This document shows positions 1 to 11,100 of a stretch of DNA of 64,000 nucleotides, piece by piece. The position numbers and the translations under genes are program-made. How positions within the stretch are numbered: the stretch's first letter is position 1; each line of letters begins with the position of its first letter. The notes under the pieces were generated by a model, which searched no databases, was not told the origin of the DNA, and saw only the letters and a list, made by a program, of their open reading frames with translations. The DNA comes from Moniliella sp. 'wahieum' (taxonomy: Eukaryota): positions 496,001-560,000 of the forward strand of contig RSEE01000032.1 of the NCBI GenBank assembly GCA_003971905.1, read 5' to 3'.

Positions 1-2515
1 TAGGCGCAGACAACAAGCCCGCCGCGCCGGTTCAGCCCCCCCGCCCTGGGCACTACGACAAGCATCACGATTCTCACGGACACCCGGCGTACCAAGGCGG
101 CATGCTCGGCGTGAACGGCTCTTCTGGCTTGCCGGCTATGTCCTCATCGGCTTTGACTTCTTCAGGGTCAGCCTTAAACCAGATCACGGGCGGCAATGCT
201 CCCCTCAGCGTGTTGGTTCAAGCACAGCAGCCACGCCAACCCCCCCCGCCTCGAGTGGCACTCCTTACTTTGCGTTATCACAAGAACGGTAGCCACCACA
301 TCGAGTTTCCCTCGGAGGCCCTGCATGCCGCTGCGCTCTCTCGCGTCCTTCGTGACGCAACTTTCATTGGCCAGGGAACCATTCCCACTCCACCCCCACA
401 AGAGGAGCAGCCTAGCAATCCAATTGCTGCCATTGCTCAGTATCGGCAGCAGACGGCCACAGGCCTCTCCTCACTTCTCCAGCCTCAACTGGCCGAGGTG
501 GGACCCTCACTTCCCCTGTCCGACCCGGATGAGCAAGCTGGGGCGGATGCGTATGGCAAACGTGGGTCCGCCGCACCTTCCGCAACGTCCGAGCCATTTG
601 TCACACGTTACTCGCCCAATCCCGACCTGCAGCGCATTCTCGCCAAGCCCGAAGGATCTGGGGAGAGTGAGACGTTCGCATTTGTCAGTTTGGACAAGAT
701 GCTCGTCTGGCTCCTGGATGTCGGGGGGCGCAAGTCTAAAGAACCTTTAACCAGGGTCACCTTTGCCCAACCCATCACCGCGGTTAGCGTCAATGGTGCC
801 TCGGCCCGTCCCGGACCTCGCCCTGCATCCAAGGTCGAGACTGGTTCTGCTGCTCTTTCACCTGAATTTTCGAGCCAGGGCAGCCCGAACAGCGACGCGA
901 CACCAGATAAACGATCTTCCCGCCTGCTCGTGGCCGGGTGGACGTTGCTTTGGGCTTTTCCACGGGGGACGTGGTCTGGCTCGACCCAGTCAATGGCCGC
1001 TGGTCCCATATGAACGCCGGGGGCTGCCTGCACAAGGCACCTGTCACGAGTCTCAAGTGGGTGCCGGGCACGTTCCTCATCTTTGTCGCATTTGCTGATG
1101 GTTTTGTTCTACTGCTCGAGGCTGGTCGGGCTGATTGGCGCCCACACATCCCCAGTTTGAACCAAGCCCGGCCCAAGCCCACTGATGCTTACTGCCACGC
1201 ATGGATCCCGAAGCAAAGTCGTCCTATGCTTGTGCAGAGAATTACGAAAGATAAGTCACCCAAGGCCAAGCCCATTCAGCCGACGAAAGACCAGCAACGG
1301 GGGATTCCAGGGGCTGACGATGATCAAGAGATTTAGAGGATGCAGGTGGAATGGCTTCCTTTGATCCACCCCCAAATGTAAACACCGACCAAAATGACTA
1401 CGCCTTGGTCGATACCTGGGACGAAGAAAAGTGCTTGTAACCCACCCGGGCGACCCCGTACAAACTGAACATGGGCCCAACCTCCTTGATGGACTGGCAC
1501 AGGCCGTTCCCATCTCAATGTTGGGTACACCCTCCGCTGATATGCCCCGAGCAGGCGACCAAATGCCGTTCAAGTTGGTAAACCCCGTCAGCGCATGGCG
1601 CGTGTCCAAACATCGGATCACCGATTTTGCGTTTGCCCCACCCGAGCCGAACGAGGGATCGGATCCGAGCATGGTCAGTCTCGGGACATCGGCTGGCCAA
1701 ACGGAACCGTCTCTCTCCCATGGTCTCCTCTTGTGGCTGTTACGGACGCCGCGGGCAACCTGCGGGTTATTGACATGGAGAACGAGGCGCCACTGCACAC
1801 TTGGAAGTCCTACTTCGGAGGGTTAACTTCGGTCGCTTGGTCCCCTGACGGTCGCTTCCTTGCCACTGGAGGAGAAGATGATCTTCTCACACTTTGGGCC
1901 CCACGGGAAGGACGGTTGGTGGCGCGAGCCCAAGGCCATACGAGCTTTGTGTCGAGCCTTGCGTTTGACCCATGGAGGTGGCCGGTGGAAAAGCGTACCT
2001 ATCGTCTAGGCAGCGTTGGCGAGGATGGAAGAATCGTTCTCTGGGACTTTTCCCATGCTACTCTTCATCGTCCTAAGGGTCATGGACATGCTCCTGTTTC
2101 TACCTCGGGCGCCGTCGAAGTCCGCACCGAGGCTCCGGGGGAGGGATCATCCGCTCTCGACTTGGCCTATGCCCGCCCTTCGCATTCGGGCCAAGCAGTG
2201 ATGCACCGTACCCCCCCGCGAGGCGAGACGGCGTCTATTCTCCCTATTGTTTCGCACCAACTCGCGGGTACGGGCATTGGTATCTTGACTCGCATATACT
2301 TTTCAGCGCAAGCCATCACTATTTTCCATCGTGATGGCGGCATTGATGTGTTTGCTCGGCCTGGCAAGGAGGCGCTTTTCCAAGAGGAGATTGATACGGA
2401 TCGGCTGCTCAAAGCCATCAAGGCAGCCCAGGCAGCCAGCGCCCCTCCACACGACAAAGACACAACTTCCCGAAATTGGACTACCTTCAAACGGCGCGAT
2501 GGTGTTCGCTCCTGA
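1..2515 (+). CDS. creC: CreC/WDR20-like WD40-repeat protein (catabolite repression), 5' partial, several frameshifts
   Basis: ORFs 102..1013, 938..1336, 1431..1826 and 1595..2515 join into one protein. Motifs: PLTRVTFAQPITAVSVN, DVALGFSTGDVVWLDP, NPVSAWRVSKHRITDFAF, WKSYFGGLTSVAWSPDGRFLATGGEDDLLTLW, AQGHTSFVSSLAFDPWR, YRLGSVGEDGRIVLWDF. The frame is open from the window start, so the true ATG may lie upstream. Confidence 0.85.
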
Positions 2516-3545
2516 AACTCTCCTTTATCTGACACATGTGTCCTCTGGCCTTCTTCGCTGTTTTTTTTTTTGAGTTTACACCTTCGTTTCCCCCCTTATG
2601 GATTGCCAACGGACCTGAACCCACGCATGTTGACGTTGTGCACAACGAATATGTAGGTTGACTCAACGTACCTCACCCCCATTCGCGATTCCACAGGCTG
2701 ATAGTGGCCTAAACTGAGTGGACAACTTTCATGATCCATATACAGGGAAAGTGAGTGGATGTGATGGGCCCTGCAATCGTTTTCTCGGATCGCTGACTAC
2801 AACACAATGTCAGCATATGATCCTTTCCTAACACTGAACGCTAGTAGGCCACCGTGACCAACCATGGCTGGCAAGGGTGAGGCCTCAGCCTGAGGTGTCT
2901 GTTTGAGGTTGGTGGCGGATACCGGGGGAGAATGGCAGGCCAGAGTCGCATACAGGAAGTTGATCGAACTTAACTAGCAACTCTAGTAAAGCTAGTAACG
3001 AGTAACTGACGGTCTAGAAGGTAACGCCGCCGTCTTGTCGTGCTGCGGCGTTAATGCATCAAAAGGCTATCTATATGGGAGGGAGCCTGTTTGATATGGT
3101 GGGGTTTGACCACGTCTGCCAGCCACCGTTGAGTTCAAGGATGAAATCAGCCTTGGATGCCTCAGTCCAATGGCTCAGCAGGGTGTTAACGTATTAGGAG
3201 GTGCACCAGCTATGGCTATGGGATCTGTGCGGTGGCAGCGCACAACATGGTGGCTGCACCAACAGCGGGTGGATGGTGTGAGTATAGGAAGGTGCGCGTG
3301 ACGAAGGGATGCGCGGCCTCCCATTTGAAAGTATCAACTGAGCGACATAGCAGGATGAGGTGCACGATGCATGACTGTGGGGTGGATAATCGATGAACGA
3401 GCTATCTCGCGCATCCTCCGCCGATCATGCATCATGCATCGATGCTCGGTAGGTAAAATCAGGTTCGCTCCACCCTCGGCCGCCACCATCCCCATCGCCA
3501 CCGCCACCGCCTGCGCCCCTGCCACCCCCCTCTCTCCTGCCTTCC

Positions 3546-6500
3546 ATGTCTGAAACAGGATCCATACTCCCATCCGCGGAGAATCGCACTTCACCTCCCA
3601 CAGGGGAGACCTCTGGTCCTGACTCCCTGTCGCCTGGCAACTCGGGCCAGGACGATGGAATCCTCCCCGCATCCTCATCAGGCGCCGCAGCGCAACGTTT
3701 TGTGCTCGAGGTCAAGTACGGTGGTGCCATGCACCAAATTCGCCTGAGCGCAGACGACAGTGTAGGAGTTCTGAAGCAATCGCTCGCACGCGTCACATCC
3801 GTCCCGCCCGAGCGGCAGAAGCTTCTGGGCTTGGTGCGTGGCCAGTTGCCGGACGACTCCACCCCCATTCCCAATCTGCCTTTCCTTCGAGCGAAAACTT
3901 CACCTATTCCTCTCGTGGCCGACTCTGATGCACCTGAATCGGATTCACATTTCCATGGCGAAACAAAGATTGTGATGGGCATCACCCTCTTGGGCACACC
4001 ACTGCCCTCTATTTCGCCCCCTGTGCCTGAGGTTGCCAATCAGACGAGCAGTGTCATGCGGCGCTCATTTGACGAATCTGTGATTGAATCCGAGCGCAAA
4101 ATCAAGCACAAGCGCAAGGTGGCTAGCATGTACCTCGAGGTGCAACGGCGCTTGGACGTCGTTTGCGAGCGCACAGCAGATTTCGCTGTTCTTCATCCTC
4201 CACGGCCGGGTAAGCGATTGCTTGTGCTTGATCTTGATTACACATTGGTCGACACCGAGGCTCTATTGAGGGGAGAGAGTGTTTCATCCGTACGCCCCTA
4301 CCTGAGCGAAGTAAGTATCTTCGTTCACCACGAGCAGCGGCGGAAAGCTGACCAGAGACGCTTGCCCAGATGCTAGCCAATCTGTATCCCTACTACGACA
4401 TCTGCATTTGGTCCCAAACCCACTGGCGCTGGGTAGAAGCCAAACTGACCGAACTGCACCTCCTTTCCGACCCCCGGTTCCAGATCTCATTTGTTCTGGA
4501 TCGCACAGCCATGCCCAACGTACGACTCCCTGGACCTTGGCCTGCTCCCCAACAGATGATGGAAGAGTTTATGGCCCACAAGCTGTTCGACCTTCGCACG
4601 TCGATCGGCACAGCCAAAAAGACTAAAGCCAAACTATTCCGTTTTTTGCGGGATATGTTGCCGGAAGTTGAGCTTCCTACGAGCTCGGAGACCTCCAAGA
4701 GCAAGAAGGAAAACACATTGTCGCACTTGGCGTCACTATACGACAAGATCGTCTACTCGGCGCACCATCATGCTGAGGTGCTTTGCATATCACATTCGCC
4801 TAACCCGCCCGTCCAAGTCCCATCGTCTTCTATTGTACTCGACGATCTGGACCAAATCGACGCCGGTGCTCGGGAGCTGTTTGCTAGCTTTTGGGATGCG
4901 GTTAGTTCCCGGGCCATCCTTAACCCAACGAACCAGCATGACCCAAATGCATCCCCGGCGAGCAAGGAAACGTTCATTATCCAGGCGATGGATCTCTATG
5001 GTGCTCTCATTCATGAACTCAGCCTGGTGATCCAAGGCGAGAACTTGGGAGGCATCTGAGCGACCTGAAGCCACCCCTTCCATTCATCCTTTGGAGCAGG
5101 CTGTGCCTTCAAAAGAGACGGCCCAAAACGTCGGAGGCGACTCCGCACCGGATATGGAGATGGTGAATTCGAGTCCATCCTCCTTCCATTCTTCCCGTCC
5201 GAGGGCCAGTACACCCAGTGCCCGCGTTACCAAGCGTAAGAGGCAAGCCAAGGAAGGGGAGTCTGATCTAACGCCCATGATGGCAGCCAAAGCGCCTCCT
5301 ATCCCTCCTCTCCCCCCCTCTCCCCCCTCTCCCTCCTCTCCCATTAGCACCAGCATCTGAACTGGCAAGCTCATCTTCAGCTCCCGAGACTCTTGGGGGA
5401 GAGATGCATATTTCCCAAGCAACGACTCCTTCTGGAGGGGTTTTGTTGCTCAAGAACTTGGACAAGCTTGCCGATGCCTTTGAGCATGCTATGCAGGCTG
5501 GCAAGTTAGACCCTTCCCCCAGCAAAATGCCTATTATTACAGGTCCCTTTGACGGTCAAGCGATGAACGTTGACGACACGCCTGCCTCAGAGGGCCTCGC
5601 CGATCCGGAAGCACCCGGTTCGACCTCCTCGGCCCCCTTGTCGACTCAAACGCCTGCTTCGACGTTTGCCCCAGAGTCCCTCCCCTTTCCCTTGACGGCC
5701 GAAGCCCTGGGGCTTAGCAATGGCCTACCACGGGTCATCATCCCCCCCTTCATGGGGAATTCACAGGGAGGGAGCGTGTTTCACAGGAAAAAGGGAAGCG
5801 ACCCTAACCCTGGTCCCGCCCAGGCCAATTTGGCTATGCCAAGCCTATCCACCGGAGATGCATTGCCGTCGTCGCATTCTTCCTCGCCCCCTCTTCCTAG
5901 GCTCAGTCGCACTTCCCCTTCAGGTGCTACTCAAACTTCAAGCACCCACCTTGGTCGCAAGGCTCGCTCCAGTGAAAAGGCCACTCCAGCCGCGTCCCCA
6001 TTGGTACCATCCACATCCACATTCTCTCTGACGGAAAAGGCAAAGCATTCTACATCTTCGGGATCGTCCGAGACGTCCACCTAAAAAAATCTCGGTCAAA
6101 CCCCTGGAGGTCATCTGGCGTCGGTTTGGCGAAGAGCAATATTCTGCGCGCAACACAATCCATGTTGACGACATTGCTCGCAACTTTGCTCTTAATCCTG
6201 GCAACGGCGTGCTTGTTCATGGTACGTTGACTACAGCCTTGTATGACGCTTGGAGCTTAATGCTTGAAGCTTGGAGCTTAATGCTTGAAGCTTGAAGCTC
6301 GATAAGCGTGACCCCTGTGTTGAAATTGAACGAACGTTAGTCCGTGTACTAACCTAACCGAACACTAACTTAACCTGTCCTAAACTTGCTTTTGATCTTT
6401 GAACTCCTCGCTTTTCGGTCCCTTCGACGCTGCACTTGCGGTTGCGCTTAGGCTATCACGTAGGTAACCTCTCCTCATCCCAACTTGGGACAACTCGGAA

Positions 6501-6678
6501 GCAGAAAACTCAAAAGTACTGATCCATTCTGTTTGCACAGCACTCGCCACATTTTGATACGGAGCTGAACGCTCTCGAGCGCTATTGTCTCCAACTCGCC
6601 CATCCCTCGGTGGAAGATATCAGTGCGTTGGACCATACGCACTGGCGCTCCTACCGCGGGCCATCGGTAGGCAAGTAA
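3546..6678 (+). CDS. UBLCP1: Ubiquitin-like domain-containing CTD phosphatase (UBLCP1, HAD/FCP1 family) with a large internal insertion
   Basis: N-terminal UBL (VKYGG..LKQSLARVTSVPPERQKLLGL). HAD motif RPGKRLLVLDLDYTL, then YYDICIWSQTHWRWVEAKLTEL and, from 6095, VKPLEVIWRRF..NTIHVDDIARNFALNPGNG. Last exon 6541..6678 reads DTELNALERY..LDHTHWRSY. Introns at 4311..4369 (GTAAGT..CTGAC..CAG), 6222..6451 and 6460..6540 (the last two predicted). Confidence 0.85.
6248..6303. repeat. Intronic 7-nt period array (GCTTGGA/GCTTAAT/GCTTGAA)
   Basis: gcttgga gcttaat gcttgaa gcttgga gcttaat gcttgaa gcttgaa gctcgat. Confidence 0.9.
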
Positions 6679-7368
6679 GCGGTCAACAATGCGTCAAACC
6701 AGGGTGTGGCGCAGCAACCCGGGCATGCATTAGATTGCATGCATAGCAGTAACCTTAACCTACTGTGTGTTTTGCTAGGGCCCCTAGGGAACAGCAAAGC
6801 ATCCATAAGTTTGCAGGTTTTTTAACGTTACCACTATCCGGGTACCGTAACGCGTAACCAGATACCGTGCGTCTGGCTTCGAACTGGCTATGGGGAGTCG
6901 CTTCTAGGGTGATTTGCGGAGCTTGTAGATAACACCCAAGAGACCAGACATACAGGATGCCATGATTGGCTCTTATTTACTCCGGGTATGCCATGATGCG
7001 CTTGATATGACCATCGGGAATGTTACTAGTGACTATTAGCGGTTGGTGGTTTATATGGGACGCATGGAACCTTGGACATGTTGAGCGCTAGCAGGCACAT
7101 TTTTACCATCTTTACCCTTCAGCACACTGCGGGCCCATGCGTGCCTGATATGTGCTTCAGAAGCAGGATTGGTAGTAGTTCTACCTCAGGAACTGCAGAG
7201 CTAAATCCTCATATTCTGAGCGCTCTCTGAGTAGTAAAGTGCTCGCAGTTCATGCTGCACATGGTGTGGTTCACAGACTCCCATACGAACAACTCTGTGG
7301 CCCTGGTGGTGCATCGAACACAGCCGTTGTCTCAAGAGATATACTCTCCGAAGGTGATTCTGATTGAA

Positions 7369-7440
7369 AAGCTTGTACGAGCGCTCGAGAAGCTCGGAGC
7401 TTGAGGCTGAGCTCAAGCGCGAGGCTCTGAAGCTTGAAGT
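7369..7440. repeat. Degenerate AAGCTT/AGCT-type palindromic array
   Basis: aagcttgtacgagcgctcgagaagctcggagcttgaggctgagctcaagcgcgaggctctgaagcttgaag. Confidence 0.7.
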
Positions 7441-7989
7441 TTGGCATTCTCGTCACACGGCTCGCCCTATCCTATGGAACTCAATCCCGCTGGATGGAGG
7501 TGCTCACTGGATGGAGAGATTGTGACATGTGTGTGTCACATGCTTGGCGCCTGTTCGCGCCTGCTATTCCGCGGTGCGCTGCAGGCGCACGCTCCAGGTG
7601 GAGTCGAACGATTGGCGAGCGCCGCGTGCTGCACATTTGAACAAACGAGGGCTGGCGCTGGGAAAGGAAAAAAAGGCGAGGGCGAAACAGGAGGCGTTTT
7701 CAATATTGAAGTGTCGCATGGCGGCGGGCACTGGTGCAGTGCGAGAGGAGCTGACACTGGCTCGGAGCGGACCCGCCGTCAGATCTCAGAGGCGTGGCGG
7801 GCTGCTGCGCTCAGGCGCCCAGACTCAGACGCCGCCCTCCGGCGCTCAGGCGCTCAGACCTCCTCGGGTGCCAGCCCCAGCGCCGCAGGCTGCCAGCCGA
7901 GGCCGAGTGTGGGACACTGCCTTCCAGGGCAGGTACCCTCCTGCTTTTTCCCGCCACTGCCTCGCGGCAGCCATCGCCATCTGACCATA

Positions 7990-8033
7990 CGCCATCGCCA
8001 TCGCCATCGCCATCGCCATCACCATCGCCATCG
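7990..8033. repeat. (CGCCAT)n hexanucleotide microsatellite upstream of the histidine kinase
   Basis: About 7 tandem cgccat units, one of them caccat. Confidence 0.9.
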
Positions 8034-8157
8034 CCCCCACGTCCATCCCCACCACCGCCGCTTCCTACGCAGCCGCCTCCTCAACTGCCCCCGCCTTGGC
8101 GAAGCTCCAACTCTGCCGTCCTTGGCCTGATCTTTCCCCCTGAGGTCTTACCCCCCG

Positions 8158-11100
8158 ATGGCGTCGGTATCTGCCCCCCCTCCCGGGCCCGCCCTGCCCG
8201 GCCCGAGGCCTCCGTCGCTAATGCCTTCATCGATCATCTTGTCCACCTCACCACAGCCCTCTCTCCTCGCTTGTCTTCTATATCGAAGGCTGCAGACACC
8301 GACAACGCTCTGCCCCACCCTTCCGTCTCCCTCATCACCCCTACCTCTCCCGAGCTGCCTCCCAAGCTCGATGAACTGCCACCGCCCTTTGTCACCTTCC
8401 ATTCCACTGACGATGCTCGCATCCCTCTAATTGAGAGTGCCCTGCGTGATCTCTACCAGCGCCTAATGGTTCTCGAGGGAGATCAGGCTTCGCACCCCTC
8501 ATCTCAAGCTTACACGTCCCGCAGTGCTGGACCATCGACGCTCCCCCCGTCCTCACCGTCCACCACCCCCGCCCATGCATCTTTCAGATCTTCCACCTTG
8601 GCGGCCGCTACACCGTCCGCTGCCGTGACAGCACTCAACCCGATGTCGCCGAACGCCGCCACGCGCTGCAAGTCCTGTGGTCGTCGCATGTCGACTGTGG
8701 TGCCCTACACGGTCTCGCGCGCCCCTCCCCAGAGCGAGGAGTTCCCTCTTTCTTACCCTCTCGGAATGGGCCCGGATGGGACCCCAGTTCTGTTGGCTGG
8801 TGGGGCACGGCGACGCAAGAAGCGCACTCGTTCTAGCGCCACCCATGATTGCGACCCACAGGGCGATCCCAGCGTCAGCGGCGCGGGAGATAATGATGGT
8901 TCACATGAATATGAGTGGGAGTATGGTCAACGCCGCCCCTCCTCGTCTCATTCGAATAACCAATCCCAATCGTCTGCGATGCGAAGAAAACGGCTATCCA
9001 ATACTTGGTCGGGGGGCGGTTCCTCCGCACTCAATCCGAGTGTCTCTGGCCTGCGTACGGCTACTCCAAGTTCGGTACGGCCTGGAGGCGATATACCCGA
9101 TGAGCTGTCTGAGACAGGTTCCCGCTCTTCCCTTGCCAGCTCAGATGACGACAGTGATCTCGTTGCTGATCCTATCGAGGCTTTTGGTGCGTTTGAGCGC
9201 TATTCGGACGAGTCAGGGTTGTCTGCCCAGGAGGAGCTGCGGCTGCTCAAAGCTCAAGTGCAGGACATTGCACGTGTGTGCAAGGTACGTTGTTGTAAAC
9301 CCCCAAATTGAGACAAGTTACTGACTCTGTGATTCATTATAGGCTGTTGCATTTGGTGACCTATCGCAGCACATTACCATCCCGGTTCAAGGACATGTGA
9401 TGGTCGAGCTCAAAGATATCATCAATCAGATGGTCGACACGCTCTCTGAATTTACCACCGATGTTATCCGTGTCTCGCTGGAGGTCGGTACCGAGGGCAA
9501 ACTTGGTGGGCAAGTTCAGACCCAGGGGGTGCAGGGCCGTTGGAAAGAACTCAAGGAGGTGGTAAACAAGTTAGCCATGAACCTCACCGAACAAGTACGA
9601 GGTGTCGCCACTGTCACCAAGGCTGTAGCTCGAGGCGACTTGTCGGAGAAGATTCACGTCGAGGCTGATGGAGAGATCCTCGAGTTAAAGGTAACAATTA
9701 ACGTTATGGTCGAGCAATTACGCCATTTTGCCAACGAGGTTACCCGTGTTTCGCGCGAAGTTGGGGTGCGGGGTCAGCTGGGTGGACAAGCAGTTGTTCC
9801 AGGCGTGAAGGGTGTATGGAAGAGTTTGACCATCAACGTGAACCGGATGTGCTACAACTTGACTGAGCAAGTGCGTTCAATTGGTATGGTCACCACTGCC
9901 GTCGCTAATGGCGACCTGACCCGTATCATCGACATCGAAGCGGAGGGAGAGATGTTGACGCTGAAGGAGACCGTCAACTCTATGGTGGCTCAGCTGCGAG
10001 TCTTCGCTTCGGAGGTGGTGCGCATGTCGATGGAAGTGGGGACGTACGGAAAACTCGGGGGGCAAGCCATGTGCCGAATGCAGAGGGAACATGGAAAGAT
10101 CTGACCCAAAGTGTCAACAAGATGGCTGATAACTTGACGTCTCAAGTGCGAGAGATCGCCCGTGTCACCAAGTGTGTCGCCGAAGGTGTTTTGACCGAGT
10201 ACATCAACGTTGACGCCAAAGGTGAAATCCTTGATCTCAAACTTACGGTCAACAATATGGTGCGCCAGCTTAACACTTTGTCGGACGAGATTATCCGCGT
10301 CTCGGTCGAGGTTGGTACAGAAGGTCAGCTCGGTGGCCAAGCCCACATCATGGGCGCTAAAGGCCAATGGCAAGTCCTATCCGATGCTGTCAACGTAATG
10401 GCATTCAACCTTACGACGCAGGTGCGGTCCATTGCGGAAGTCACTACAGCTGTTGCCCGGGGTGACCTGAGCAAGACCATCTCGGTCGACGTGCGCGGGG
10501 AGATCCGCGATCTTAAACTCACTGTCAACGCCATGGTCAAATTCTTACGCACCTTCTCTACCGAAGTGATTCGGGTCGCCCGGGAGGTGGGCACAGAGGG
10601 CCGTTTAGGTGGCTATGCTACAGTTTCGGGCGTGGGCGGAACATGGAAGGACCTGACCGAGTCAGTCAACACGATGGCAGGCAATTTGACCCTGCAAGTA
10701 CGGACCATTGCCCATGCTACTACAGCTGTGGCTCGCGGCGACCTTTCACAGAAGGTCACCATCTCGGTGTCAGGAGAGATGTTGGATTTGGTTAACACAA
10801 TCAACAACATGATCGACCAATTGTCCTTCTTTGCATCAGAGGTCACCCGTGTCGCACGCGAGGTGGGCACCGAGGGACGGCTGGGTGGACGCGCACAAAA
10901 GAAGGACGCCAAGGGCAAGTGGCAGAGATTACAGACAATGTTAACCAGATGGCTTCCAACTTGACGTCTCAAGTGCGTGCGTTTGCCCAAATCACAGCCG
11001 CTGCAACCGATGGAGACTTCTCTCGCTTTGTCACTGTCGAGGCGTCCGGGGAGATGGATTCGCTCAAGACTAAAATCAACCAAATGGTGTTTGGTCTTCG

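Noticed and set aside
1..6678. creC plus UBLCP1 as a ubiquitin-related functional cluster
   Set aside because: Two adjacent housekeeping genes give no evidence of co-regulation.
7441..8157. His/Arg-rich or Pro/Ser-rich ORFs upstream of the histidine kinase
   Set aside because: They are translations of the (CGCCAT)n microsatellite and GC-rich promoter DNA, with non-ATG starts.
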